Below are positions 1 to 9,446 of a DNA stretch of 64,000 nt, one piece after another (positions within the stretch are counted from its first letter, which is position 1; every line of letters starts with the position of its first letter). The DNA lies in contig CAYYVQ010000007.1 of NCBI GenBank assembly GCA_964475205.1, forward strand, positions 1,604 to 65,603, written 5' to 3'. Under the pieces are notes generated by a model. The model did not search any database, was not told the DNA's origin, and saw only the letters and a program-made list of their open reading frames with translations. The DNA comes from an uncultured Victivallales bacterium (GTDB lineage: Bacteria > Verrucomicrobiota > Kiritimatiellia > UBA8416 > CAYSRM01). Made by a program: the position numbers and the translations under genes.

Positions 1-21
1 ATTTTATGAAAGGCTAAACTT

Positions 22-846
22 ATGAAACTTGGCTTCACGACACTAGGTTGTCTCGAATGGGATCTGGAAACGATCCTTTCAAAAGCGCAAGAATACGGTT
101 TTGACGGCGTTGACTTTAGAGGCTACCGCGATAAGATGAACATTTTTGAGCTTGCCGAATTTTCATCGGACCTGGAAAAAACCGTTTCCATGGTAAAGCA
201 TTCCGGGATTGAGGTGCCGTGTCTATCAAGTTCGGTGAAGGTGATGCCGCCGGACGGGTCGAATATTGAAGACCAAATATCGGAACTGAAATCCTACGCC
301 TGTCTCTGTGAAGCATTCGGCGCAACAATGATCCGGATCTTCGGTGGAAGATTCGGAAAGAATACGGAAGAACAGGCTATTATTAAAGCAACAGAAAACC
401 TTCATAAACTGGCAGAAGTTGTAGCCGCCAGGAACATCACGCTTATGCTGGAAACTCATGACGACTGGATCAGAACTGACCTGCTTCGTAAACTCATGCA
501 AAATGTTGACTCTCATAAAATCAAGATCCTCTGGGATATTCACCACCCGTATCGTATTGAAGGCGAAAAGCCGGAAATCTCATGGAATAATATCTGCGAA
601 TGGGTGCGCTATACACATCTGAAGGATTCGCGTGTTGAAAAAGACAGTAAACGAGGTTATAAGCTGTGCCTTCCCGGTGATGGCGACGTGCCACTGAAGA
701 AAATCATCTCACTGCTTAAGGCTGGCGGATACGACGGATATCTGACATTCGAATGGGAAAGAAAGTGGCATCCGGAAATTGAAAAAGCGGATATTGCTTT
801 TCCAAGGTATGTTGCTGTAATTCGCGAAATCCTGGAACAGGTATAA
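22..846 (+). CDS. sugar phosphate isomerase/epimerase (xylose-isomerase-like TIM barrel)
   Basis: Complete 274-aa ORF. The pattern MKLGFTTLG..., ...MIRIFGG..., LETHDDW, LWDIHH, LTFEWE is typical of AP-endonuclease-2/xylose-isomerase-like TIM-barrel proteins. Confidence 0.8.
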   Translation: MKLGFTTLGCLEWDLETILSKAQEYGFDGVDFRGYRDKMNIFELAEFSSDLEKTVSMVKHSGIEVPCLSSSVKVMPPDGSNIEDQISELKSYACLCEAFGATMIRIFGGRFGKNTEEQAIIKATENLHKLAEVVAARNITLMLETHDDWIRTDLLRKLMQNVDSHKIKILWDIHHPYRIEGEKPEISWNNICEWVRYTHLKDSRVEKDSKRGYKLCLPGDGDVPLKKIISLLKAGGYDGYLTFEWERKWHPEIEKADIAFPRYVAVIREILEQV

Positions 847-849
847 GCC

Positions 850-1830
850 TTACCTTTTGATTTCGGCGGATCCTCCCATGGGTCCGGCTATGGAAATGTC
901 TCTGTTGAGCCTGAGATCCATCTCTCTTGGCGTTGAGGGATGATCGCCGTTTTCGTCTATAACAATTCTAACCTTTGGTCTGGCCGGAGCTTCGGGACAA
1001 TTCTTAACAATCATTGCCACCGATCCGTTGGTTAATTCAACAAGGGAGCCTTCGCTATACGAACCCTCAGACTCGTTATAAGCAGAAACGAATCTATCGA
1101 TGCTTCTTCGCATTTTCTTGACTGCCTGGCTTGTCTGATCGTCCTCCATCTGGATAAGATCAGGAAAGTTCCGTTCATCTGATCCATCGATGTAGGCCTC
1201 TGTTTTGTACTGGGTCACAGATTGAAGTTCGCCAAGGCGTTCCCTTAGCCTGTTTGCTTCTTCTATACAATCCTGCACAATGTCGGCAGCGCCAGCCGGC
1301 AGATTCTCCATTCGCAACAGCTCAAGGTAACAGGTGATGCTTGTTGCCGGCTGGCCAAGATGGTGGCATGTGGTGCAGATGGTTTCAGTCATAACCTTTT
1401 CCCGTTCCGCCTTGATAAGTTTTTCCCGCTGCCGCCTGATGGTTGTTACCCTTTCGCGCATCTGCTCGATGATCATATTGAAATATTCTTCAATAGCAGT
1501 TATATCGCTCTCATTTTCCAGAAGATGCACAACTTCGGGCATTTCACCTTCTGCAACGCTTTTCAGATAGTCCCTGATGCTGATAATCGTCCTGGGATAC
1601 TTGATAAGCAAAGCAAAACCCAATACCATTGTCAGAAATATGAGGAAAAGAATAACCAGCCACCAGGCAAGCGTAACATCTTCCGGCATAAAATTATTCA
1701 GGCCAAAGTAGACAAGAACGAGAAAGGGAATAATTGCGATAAGCACTACAGCGATTTCAAACTGGTGTCTGGCTCCACGCGAACTGATTGACATTCGCTT
1801 GATAGAATCGCGTATACTGGAAAAACTCAT
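850..1830 (-). CDS. membrane signalling protein with HAMP-like linker and DHp/H-box-like helix but no HATPase domain
   Basis: 326-aa ORF with two N-terminal TM helices (IAVVLIAIIPFLVLVYF, WWLVILFLIFLTMVLGFALLI), then a coiled segment and an H-box-like CHHLGQPATSITCYLELL. No N/G1/G2 ATP-binding boxes are present. Its start overlaps the stop of the upstream receiver gene (ATGA at 1827-1830). Confidence 0.6.
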   Translation of the reverse strand: MSFSSIRDSIKRMSISSRGARHQFEIAVVLIAIIPFLVLVYFGLNNFMPEDVTLAWWLVILFLIFLTMVLGFALLIKYPRTIISIRDYLKSVAEGEMPEVVHLLENESDITAIEEYFNMIIEQMRERVTTIRRQREKLIKAEREKVMTETICTTCHHLGQPATSITCYLELLRMENLPAGAADIVQDCIEEANRLRERLGELQSVTQYKTEAYIDGSDERNFPDLIQMEDDQTSQAVKKMRRSIDRFVSAYNESEGSYSEGSLVELTNGSVAMIVKNCPEAPARPKVRIVIDENGDHPSTPREMDLRLNRDISIAGPMGGSAEIKR

Positions 1831-2225
1831 GCCTCTTTTGAACCGTTTTGATATGCCATTGTCATTAAGACTTCTTCAAACTTTGACAGACTGAAAGACT
1901 CTTTATCGATAACACGGTTGGCTTTTCCGGCAAGCTTTTCCTTTTCCTCGCAGGAAATTGCCGCTCCCGTCAGCACAATTACAGGCAAATCCCTGATCGC
2001 GGGTTCATTTTTGATGGACTCCAGAACTTCCCATCCATTGACATGGGGCATCAGCAAGTCAAGAATAACCAGATCATAGTCGTTGTTTTGACTCAAAACC
2101 TCTTGAGCTTCCCTGCCGTTTTTAACGGTTTGCATTTCTATTCCGTGTCTCTCGCCTATTTTTGACAAAAGAGTCCTAACAACTTCGTCATCATCAGCAA
2201 CCAGAATTTTTCTTATATTTTTCAT
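1827..2225 (-). CDS. single-domain response regulator (CheY-like receiver)
   Basis: 132-aa ORF with LVADDDE acidic pocket, phospho-acceptor context LVILDLLMP and VIVLTG. No output domain. Confidence 0.9.
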   Translation of the reverse strand: MKNIRKILVADDDEVVRTLLSKIGERHGIEMQTVKNGREAQEVLSQNNDYDLVILDLLMPHVNGWEVLESIKNEPAIRDLPVIVLTGAAISCEEKEKLAGKANRVIDKESFSLSKFEEVLMTMAYQNGSKEA

Positions 2226-2374
2226 TAATCATTATCCCCTGGATTTCACGATCAAATCAATTATTGCCGGGCAGTCATGCTGTGTCAAGCAAAGGTCGGG
2301 AATTTGTTAATTGTACACTGTATTGCTGTTTCAGGTTGCCAGGAACGGGATATTTCAACTAATCTTAACAAGAT

Positions 2375-3736
2375 ATGCAGGAAGACAGCAACAAGCAGGA
2401 TAGTGAACATACTGACACTGGCCGTGAACTGGTGTTTGATTTTGACCTTGGTCCAGATTGGGCAAGAGAATCGCCGAACGAAAAATATTCGGCGCATGAT
2501 CTTTCACAGAAATACAAAAAAGATAGACCAAAGCGCCACAAGACGTTTCGGAATCCCCGTCCGCAGGAAAGAGGCAAAAGCGACAATCACAGGAAAAGAC
2601 GCGACACAGCCGGAAAACCCATATCGCAGTCCGGCCGGAGGTCAAGCCCCCGGGAAACACCGGACAGACAACATATTGCCCTGCCCCCCGTTGAGATAAG
2701 ATTTCTTCCTGCAAGAGAAGCAATCACGGCCATTGTTAAAAAAATAAAATCAGGATGCTCCGCTTATCCCCTTTTGGCAATAGCAAGGCTGGCAGTCAAT
2801 AAACCGGAAGCTTGTCTTACCCGGATAGAAATCTATAAAGAATCTGAAAATCTCTATCTTTACCAATGCAGGATTTGCGGAATGATTGCCTGTTCTGAAA
2901 CTGTCCTGAATGCACATATGACCGAAAGGCATCTGGAAGATTTCATGGAGAAGGGCGAACTTGGCGAAAAGCCTGCAGGCAATTTCTCATGTATTGCACA
3001 ATGCGGTCTTTCGGGTATCCTTCTTGGCCCACCAAACCACCACTGTTATTCGGAGCGAATCCGTCAAATACATAAGACAAGGTATCCGAACATGGACATT
3101 CAGGATTACAAGTCCCGAATCAGGATTCTGCATGACGAGGAAGCAATAGAGAAATGGAAAAGCGAATACGCTGCACAGCCCACATATAAACCTCGAAACA
3201 GCAGCGAAGAGCCCATGTTGCGCGCCGACGCAGAGGCATACTTCCTCAACACAATAGCATCGAACCATAAGCAGAAATTAAAACAGGCATCCCTGCCGAC
3301 GACTCTGAGTCTCAAGACACCGGACAAGGGGCTCGGTCTTGCAATCGAACGCGCATGGAAACGGGAAACCCGATTCCCCTGGTCGATCATGATGGCATTC
3401 AGAGGAGCGTTCCGGAATATGGGGCTTACACTGTTTAAGCCGGATAAAAGAAAGAAAGAGGTTGCTGTAACTTCTATTAAACCTTCTTTTCTGCCAGTAG
3501 AACGGACAACAGAGCCGATCAGAGAACTTTTCTTAACCATCGAAAAAGAGCCCGGGATAACCAGGGACAGGCTCAAAGACAGGTTGTGTCCCGGCGCTTC
3601 CCCAGACTCCAAAGAAGCCAGGGAGCTGCTTTCGACACTGGCATGGCTCATCGAACGCGGACATATCATTGAATTCTTCGACGGCAAACTCTCTCTGCCG
3701 CCGCCTGGAAAACCACCAGAAAAGAATGACAGTTGA
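2375..3736 (+). CDS. hypothetical protein with basic low-complexity N-terminus and one C2H2 zinc-finger motif
   Basis: 453-aa ORF. Residues ~40-110 are Arg/Lys/Pro/Ser-rich. YQCRICGMIACSETVLNAHMTERH (nt 2867-2932) has exact C-x2-C-x12-H-x4-H spacing. I recognise no family for the rest, and the start codon is uncertain. Confidence 0.55.
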   Translation: MQEDSNKQDSEHTDTGRELVFDFDLGPDWARESPNEKYSAHDLSQKYKKDRPKRHKTFRNPRPQERGKSDNHRKRRDTAGKPISQSGRRSSPRETPDRQHIALPPVEIRFLPAREAITAIVKKIKSGCSAYPLLAIARLAVNKPEACLTRIEIYKESENLYLYQCRICGMIACSETVLNAHMTERHLEDFMEKGELGEKPAGNFSCIAQCGLSGILLGPPNHHCYSERIRQIHKTRYPNMDIQDYKSRIRILHDEEAIEKWKSEYAAQPTYKPRNSSEEPMLRADAEAYFLNTIASNHKQKLKQASLPTTLSLKTPDKGLGLAIERAWKRETRFPWSIMMAFRGAFRNMGLTLFKPDKRKKEVAVTSIKPSFLPVERTTEPIRELFLTIEKEPGITRDRLKDRLCPGASPDSKEARELLSTLAWLIERGHIIEFFDGKLSLPPPGKPPEKNDS

Positions 3737-3806
3737 TATTCTGAAACAGATCACGCGCAATTTTTTTCTGCAAGCTGAAACATGAACCCTTGCCACAGGG
3801 CTGTAT

Positions 3807-5342
3807 TCATACCCACATCTGCCTGTCCAGCGTCCTGTATTGCACTGCCTCGGTCACGTGCTGAGCTTCTATTATCCCTGATCCGTCCATGTCGGCAATG
3901 GTCCTGGCAACCTTCAGAATCCTGTCATAAGCCCTGGCGCTGAAGTTAAGTTCGGTTATGGCCATCTTGAGCATATCCCTGGCTTCATCGCGAAGCTCAC
4001 AGTGCTTATTAAGCTGTTTGGAACTCATGCCGGCATTAATACGGGTTCTAACCCTGCCCCGGAACCTCTCAGCCTGTCTGTCACGCGCGGCGGTAACCCT
4101 TTTTCGCATTTCAACAGAAGGCTCGCCAGGCTGTAGAGAGGATAGCTCCTGATATCTTATGCTGGGCACCTCGATATGAATGTCAATCCTGTCGAGCAAC
4201 GGTCCAGAAATCTTGTTCTTGTAATTCTGGATCTGCTTCTGAGTACACCGGCATTCACGTTTCGGGTCGGTATAATAACCGCAAGGACAAGGGTTCATTG
4301 CAGCAACAAGCATGAACCTGCACGGAAACCTGACAGTTGCCGCCGCACGGGAAATCGTTACCACCCCGTCTTCAAGGGGTTGCCTGAGAACCTCGAGAAC
4401 GTTTCTGTGAAATTCCGGCAACTCATCAAGAAAGAGAACACCGCCATGCGCAAGACTTACTTCTCCCGGCAAAGGGTGCGCCCCGCCACCAAGCAGCCCT
4501 GCATCTGATATCGTATGATGGGGAGCCCGGAAGGGGCGGCGAGTTACCAGCGCCTGATTGGATTTGAGTGTGCCGGCTATGCTGTGAATTTTTGTGGTTT
4601 CAAGCGCTTCTTCAAGCGACATCTCCGGCAGGATCGAGGGTATCCTTTTTGCAAGCATGGTTTTGCCGGTGCCTGGCGGCCCGATCATCAGAACGTTGTG
4701 TCCTCCTGCTACAGCAACCTCTATAGCGCGTTTAGCCTGTTCCTGCCCCTTTACATCAGCATAGTCGTCTTCGTATTGCCTGTTCTCTCCGTATATTCTT
4801 CGTATGTCTATATCGTATGGCCGGTGTTCTATGTTGCCTGAAAGAAAATCGGCGGCCTGCCTGAGTGTGCTGACCGGATACACCTCAAGGCCATCGACCA
4901 CGGCAGCCTCGGCTGCATTTCCGGAAGGAACAATTACGCCTCGCTTGCATTCTTTTTTTGCAGCCATAGTTATCGGCAGAACCCCTCTGGCCCTGCGCAC
5001 TTCACCGCTCAACGCAAGCTCGCCAATGATAGCAAAATTGCGCAATGCCGCTGGATCAATTTCACCTGTAGCGGCCAATAACCCGAGAGCAATCGGCAGG
5101 TCGAAAATCGGGCCTTCTTTCTTCATGTCTGCCGGGGCAAGATTGATTGTTGTCCGCCCGACATGCATCTTGTAGCCGGAATTGGAAATGGCAGTGCTCA
5201 CGCGGTCCTTGCTCTCTTTTACCGCCGCATCAGGCAAACCCACTATCACGACTTGCGGGTCGCCGTGTCCGGCGTTAACTTCTATTTCAACCGGAAAAGC
5301 CTCAACTCCGTATACTGCGCCAGAATCAACCGTAGCAAGCAT
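3807..5342 (-). CDS. comM: YifB/ComM family Mg-chelatase-like AAA+ ATPase
   Basis: Lon-protease-like N-terminal region, Walker A GPPGTGKT, LFLDELPEF and a C-terminal ChlI-like region. Start taken at MLATVDSGAVYG (ATG at 5342) because GGAGGA lies ~5 nt upstream. The longest ORF extends to 5402. Confidence 0.9.
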   Translation of the reverse strand: MLATVDSGAVYGVEAFPVEIEVNAGHGDPQVVIVGLPDAAVKESKDRVSTAISNSGYKMHVGRTTINLAPADMKKEGPIFDLPIALGLLAATGEIDPAALRNFAIIGELALSGEVRRARGVLPITMAAKKECKRGVIVPSGNAAEAAVVDGLEVYPVSTLRQAADFLSGNIEHRPYDIDIRRIYGENRQYEDDYADVKGQEQAKRAIEVAVAGGHNVLMIGPPGTGKTMLAKRIPSILPEMSLEEALETTKIHSIAGTLKSNQALVTRRPFRAPHHTISDAGLLGGGAHPLPGEVSLAHGGVLFLDELPEFHRNVLEVLRQPLEDGVVTISRAAATVRFPCRFMLVAAMNPCPCGYYTDPKRECRCTQKQIQNYKNKISGPLLDRIDIHIEVPSIRYQELSSLQPGEPSVEMRKRVTAARDRQAERFRGRVRTRINAGMSSKQLNKHCELRDEARDMLKMAITELNFSARAYDRILKVARTIADMDGSGIIEAQHVTEAVQYRTLDRQMWV

Positions 5343-5626
5343 TCTTTCCTCCACATTCTGATTATGACGAACTCTACGAAAGGCGCCACCTGTTGTCAGC
5401 AAGAAACTTCAAGTCTGTGTGAATCCGCACTCCAAGCGGCCTAATATGAACTGGTGTTTCGCCAACGGCAACAGCCATTGACTTCCTTTCCGAATCTGTG
5501 TCAATCTAACCATCAGGAATGGCTTAAGAATATGGCGTCGCTACGCAACAGGCAAGATCAACAGCAACACTATTGGTGCGATGGGGCAAAACGCCGCCTG
5601 AACCCTAAAACATACGAGTTATACAA

Positions 5627-7402
5627 TTGTTCCAGCAAACTGACAAACCCGGAAAATTTCCGCGCAGCTCGATTCATGCGATAATCTATGATTGCATGGG
5701 ACGCCGATGGCTTTGTTTTGATAATCCGGTGAAAATCCTTCAGACCAATAGACTCGATAATGTGTATGAACTGTTGGAAGAAGCCGACCGCGCGAATCAC
5801 GGGGGCTATTACATTGCCGGATATGTATCCTACGAAGCTTCAAACGCTTTTGATACGGCGCTTAAAACGCATCCGCCCGATCATTTTCCACTGGTATGGC
5901 TCGGTGTTTTCAACCGGCCCGAGCCCGTCGATAACCCGTTTGATTATCAGCAGATTTTCTCTATGGAACTGGACTGGATCCCATCTGTCGACGACCGGCA
6001 ATACCAAAGAGCTATATCAAAGATACGCCGCCGGATCGAAGCCGGATACACCTACCAGGTCAATTTTTCCTACCGGCTTACAGCAGAAAACTGCGTCCAC
6101 CCACGCGCCCTGCTTGCTTCGATGATGAAGCGCCAGAAGACCGGCTATGCCGCTTATATTGACACAAATGATTTCGCTATTTGTTCAGCTTCCCCGGAGC
6201 TTTTTTTTCTGCGGCAAAAAGATCGTCTTATATCCAAGCCAATGAAAGGCACGGCACCTCGAGGCCTGACTCCTGCCGATGATTTGAATCAAGCTCAAAT
6301 GCTTTGCACCCTGGAGAAAACCCGGGCGGAAAACGTAATGATCGTAGACATGGTTCGAAACGACATGGGCAGGATAGCAGTGCCGGGCACCGTTCGAGTT
6401 CCTGTAAAATATAGAACAGAGAAATACCCGACATTATGGCAGATGACCTCTACGGTCACCTGCCGGACCAACGCGTCGCTTCCTGCTATCTTCAGGGCTC
6501 TTTTCCCCTGCGCCTCGATCACCGGGGCGCCGAAAGCTGAAACAATGCGGCTCATTCACGACCTGGAAACTCTGCCGCGCCGGATCTATACCGGGGCTAT
6601 CGGCTTCGCCGACCCGGAATCAAATGCGCAATTCAATGTGGCAATCCGAACAGCGCTAGTAGACAAAAGGACTAACCGCGCGGAATACGGGGTCGGTGGC
6701 GGGATACTGTGGGATTCAATTGATAACGCCGAACTTGAGGAATGCCGCACAAAGGCAATGGTCCTTGCGAAGGGCTTTCCGGATTTCAAGCTTCTTGAGA
6801 CCATTTTGTGGACCCGTGAAAACGGATTCTTTCTGCTTGATTACCACGTAAAACGGCTCGCACAGTCAGCGCAATATTTTGACTTTGCAATCAACCTGCA
6901 TTGCATGCGTAAGCAACTCAAAGAAGCAGCTCAAAGTCTTGCGAAAGACACCTGCAAGCTCAGACTCCTGCTGGCTCCCGACGGATCTCTCGAAATCCAG
7001 GCAATAGAAATCGAACCCCCGGAGCTCAATCCACATCCCAGGCGGGCACACATCAGCGCCGCGCCAGTGGATCAATCCGATGTCTTTCTCTACCACAAAA
7101 CAACGAACAGACCGGTTTATGACAGCGCCCTTGCCGCAAACCCAGGGTTTGACGATGTAATCCTCTGGAACCGGAACAATGAAGTAACCGAATCATGCAT
7201 CGCAAACGTTGTTGTTGAAAAAGAAGGCAAGATGTGGACACCTCCTGTTAAGTGCGGTCTTCTGGCCGGAGTATACCGACAGTGGATGCTCGACACCGGA
7301 CGCGCGACCGAAGCTGTGATATCCCTTGAAGATCTGCGCAATTCAAGTCGTATATATCTTGTCAATTCCGTCCAGGGACTCAAAGAAGCTGTCATCCTCT
7401 AG
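5627..7402 (+). CDS. pabBC: bifunctional aminodeoxychorismate synthase component I / aminodeoxychorismate lyase (PabB-PabC fusion)
   Basis: 591-aa ORF. Chorismate-binding motifs SKPMKGTAPRG and TGAPKAETMRLI. The C-terminal ~200 aa resemble a class IV aminotransferase/ADC lyase fold. The apparent start is TTG at 5627, with no in-frame ATG before conserved N-terminal residues. Confidence 0.8.
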   Translation: MFQQTDKPGKFPRSSIHAIIYDCMGRRWLCFDNPVKILQTNRLDNVYELLEEADRANHGGYYIAGYVSYEASNAFDTALKTHPPDHFPLVWLGVFNRPEPVDNPFDYQQIFSMELDWIPSVDDRQYQRAISKIRRRIEAGYTYQVNFSYRLTAENCVHPRALLASMMKRQKTGYAAYIDTNDFAICSASPELFFLRQKDRLISKPMKGTAPRGLTPADDLNQAQMLCTLEKTRAENVMIVDMVRNDMGRIAVPGTVRVPVKYRTEKYPTLWQMTSTVTCRTNASLPAIFRALFPCASITGAPKAETMRLIHDLETLPRRIYTGAIGFADPESNAQFNVAIRTALVDKRTNRAEYGVGGGILWDSIDNAELEECRTKAMVLAKGFPDFKLLETILWTRENGFFLLDYHVKRLAQSAQYFDFAINLHCMRKQLKEAAQSLAKDTCKLRLLLAPDGSLEIQAIEIEPPELNPHPRRAHISAAPVDQSDVFLYHKTTNRPVYDSALAANPGFDDVILWNRNNEVTESCIANVVVEKEGKMWTPPVKCGLLAGVYRQWMLDTGRATEAVISLEDLRNSSRIYLVNSVQGLKEAVIL

Positions 7403-7510
7403 CCTGATCTATTCATAAAAATCTATTATGAGTGTGCATATCACTTCATCTCAATGACTTTGCTGCCAGCCGATCTTGACGTATGTTCATACGCCTTCAC
7501 CCGGCTATCT
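7400..7510 (+). repeat. partial copy of repeat family A (MITE-like); starts with the TAG stop of pabBC
   Basis: TAGCCTGATCTATTCATAAAAATCTATTATGAGTGTGCAT... aligns over ~110 nt, with scattered substitutions, to the reverse complement of 46990-47106. No second terminal repeat is present. Confidence 0.8.
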
Positions 7511-7597
7511 CACCGACCGGAAATCCCGGAAAAAGTCTTGCATTCAGTGTTACAAATGAGCCATTCTATCGAACCAACCCGAAAGGAGAAAAAAAGG

Positions 7598-8638
7598 ATG
7601 ACTCGTCTTGTCGTATTCTTAACTGCTGTGGCAATCGCGACCTCCGTATACGCAGGTCCTAAATGGGAACTTGATTCTCAGGGCAAATCATGGATGAAGT
7701 TGTCGTTTCTCGGCCAGGGGCACTATTCCTATACACCCGATTCAGAACCTGAATTTGACGCGTACCTGAGAAGAGCCAGGTTTATCCTCGCCGGCCAGGT
7801 CACAGACGGAGTGCGTTTTTTTGTCGAAACCGACAACGACAACGCTGGAAAGCACGGTGCAGCCGATTCTTCAACGGATATACAGGACGCGTTTATTGAT
7901 GTGCGGCTGGGCAAAAGTTCCCATTGGGTGGAAGGTGGCCTCATACTCCTCCCCTTCTCTTTTGAGAACCGATCCTCGGCAGCCAGTCTCCTCGGCATTG
8001 ATTATAATGCAAAAGCCATCAAATTTGTGAACCATTTCGTATGGAGAGACTACGGAGCAGAGCTGCACGGAAATTTCGGCCCGAGATTCTCATACTGCGC
8101 CGGAGTATTCGACGGCTATGACTCCGAAAACGGCGTAAAGAATCCGGACGCTCAGCCTCGCTATACTGGCCACGCGGCTTTCAACCTGATAGGTGAAGCT
8201 GAAACAGCCTGGTTTTATACGCAGGACCGCAAAAACAGCGTCAATTATCTATCGCTCGGCGCCGGGGCAGACCTGCAGGATAATGCGACTGTATCGGCGA
8301 CAGCAACCAATGCGCAGGATTCTACTGCCTGGGTTCTGGACGTTCAGTCCGGATTCGAACTGGGAGCGAGTTTCCTGACAATAAACGGCGCCTACTACGA
8401 CTGGGATAATGTTTCTTTCGAGGGCAATACGGCGTTTGTTGAGTCAGGGTTGCAGGTCGGTTCCGCAATGGCAACAGTGAAATATGTTCTCCAGGATCCA
8501 AGCGAGGGCGATGACGTCGAGGACTATACCGCCGGTTTGCACTACTTTATCAACGGGCACAATGCCAGGGCCGGTCTTGAACACAGGTGGGGAGATAACG
8601 AAGACCTGACCCTCCTTGGGTTCCAGTTTCTTCTTTAA
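7598..8638 (+). CDS. outer-membrane beta-barrel porin (family not resolved)
   Basis: Start moved to ATG 7598 because AAGGAG lies ~9 nt upstream. Signal peptide MTRLVVFLTAVAIATSVYA. Aromatic/Gly-rich alternating strands throughout. The upstream part of the longest ORF lies in repeat A. Confidence 0.6.
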   Translation: MTRLVVFLTAVAIATSVYAGPKWELDSQGKSWMKLSFLGQGHYSYTPDSEPEFDAYLRRARFILAGQVTDGVRFFVETDNDNAGKHGAADSSTDIQDAFIDVRLGKSSHWVEGGLILLPFSFENRSSAASLLGIDYNAKAIKFVNHFVWRDYGAELHGNFGPRFSYCAGVFDGYDSENGVKNPDAQPRYTGHAAFNLIGEAETAWFYTQDRKNSVNYLSLGAGADLQDNATVSATATNAQDSTAWVLDVQSGFELGASFLTINGAYYDWDNVSFEGNTAFVESGLQVGSAMATVKYVLQDPSEGDDVEDYTAGLHYFINGHNARAGLEHRWGDNEDLTLLGFQFLL

Positions 8639-8754
8639 CTTAATCTGTTCATCAACTTCGGGAGTCGATAAATAGATCACTGTCAACAGCAACGCTTTTC
8701 ACGCTCTCGCAGCAGAAATTCTGTGAGCAATGCGGGCTAAGCGCCTTTCTGTGA

Positions 8755-8781
8755 ACAGCAGGTTATCCAGTAACCTGCTGT
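8755..8781. terminator. perfect 11-bp stem / 5-nt loop hairpin between convergent porin and rubrerythrin genes
   Basis: ACAGCAGGTTA-TCCAG-TAACCTGCTGT read directly from the sequence. No flanking U-tract on either strand, so terminator function is inferred only from its position. Confidence 0.4.
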
Positions 8782-8793
8782 ATGCTTTCCCGC

Positions 8794-9339
8794 TCAATAA
8801 GCAGAAAAAGCATCCTTCTTAGCCTTGCACAGCGGACACTCATCCGGCGCTCCGCCTTCAATGGTGTAACCGCAGACATCACACACTTGCACTGTGTCAA
8901 GCTCCACATCTTTTCCCGCCCCGATAGAAACTCTTGCTTTTTCAAAGAGCGCTTTATGCTTCTTTTCGGTTTCGTAAGACCACATAAAACTTCGGTAGGC
9001 ATTTTTCTCTTCCTGCATCTCGGCAACTTGCATGTATGCAGGGTACATTTCTTCAATCTCGAAAGTTTCGCCGGCAACTGCCAGCCCAAGATTCTTCTCA
9101 GTGTCCCCCGGCCCGAAGGCGGCCATCGAATTGGCAACCCTGCCTTCGTCAAGGTGCTTCAACACTCTGTAATGGTCGCCCGCGTGCACATATTCGGCAT
9201 ACGCAACAGCTTTGAATAAACGCGCCACGTTCGGGTATCCTTCCTTTTCCGCTTTGACGGAAAAATGAAGATATCTCATGTTAGCCTGGCTCTCACCGCC
9301 AAACGCGTTGATCATGTTTTGTTCGGTCATTTGTTTCAT
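8794..9339 (-). CDS. rbr: rubrerythrin
   Basis: Ferritin-like diiron helices (GESQANMRY, AYAEYVHAGDH, EIEEMYP) plus a C-terminal rubredoxin-like CDVCGY...CPLCKA. Start taken at MKQMTEQ (ATG 9339). Confidence 0.9.
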   Translation of the reverse strand: MKQMTEQNMINAFGGESQANMRYLHFSVKAEKEGYPNVARLFKAVAYAEYVHAGDHYRVLKHLDEGRVANSMAAFGPGDTEKNLGLAVAGETFEIEEMYPAYMQVAEMQEEKNAYRSFMWSYETEKKHKALFEKARVSIGAGKDVELDTVQVCDVCGYTIEGGAPDECPLCKAKKDAFSAY

Positions 9340-9446
9340 AACAGTCCCCTTAATGATAGGCTTTAAGAAACGCGCTCCTGCATAGAACGCTTGTGTAAAC
9401 ATTGTGCGTGTAATCTATCAGACGAATCGGTGCATACCAAGCGAAT

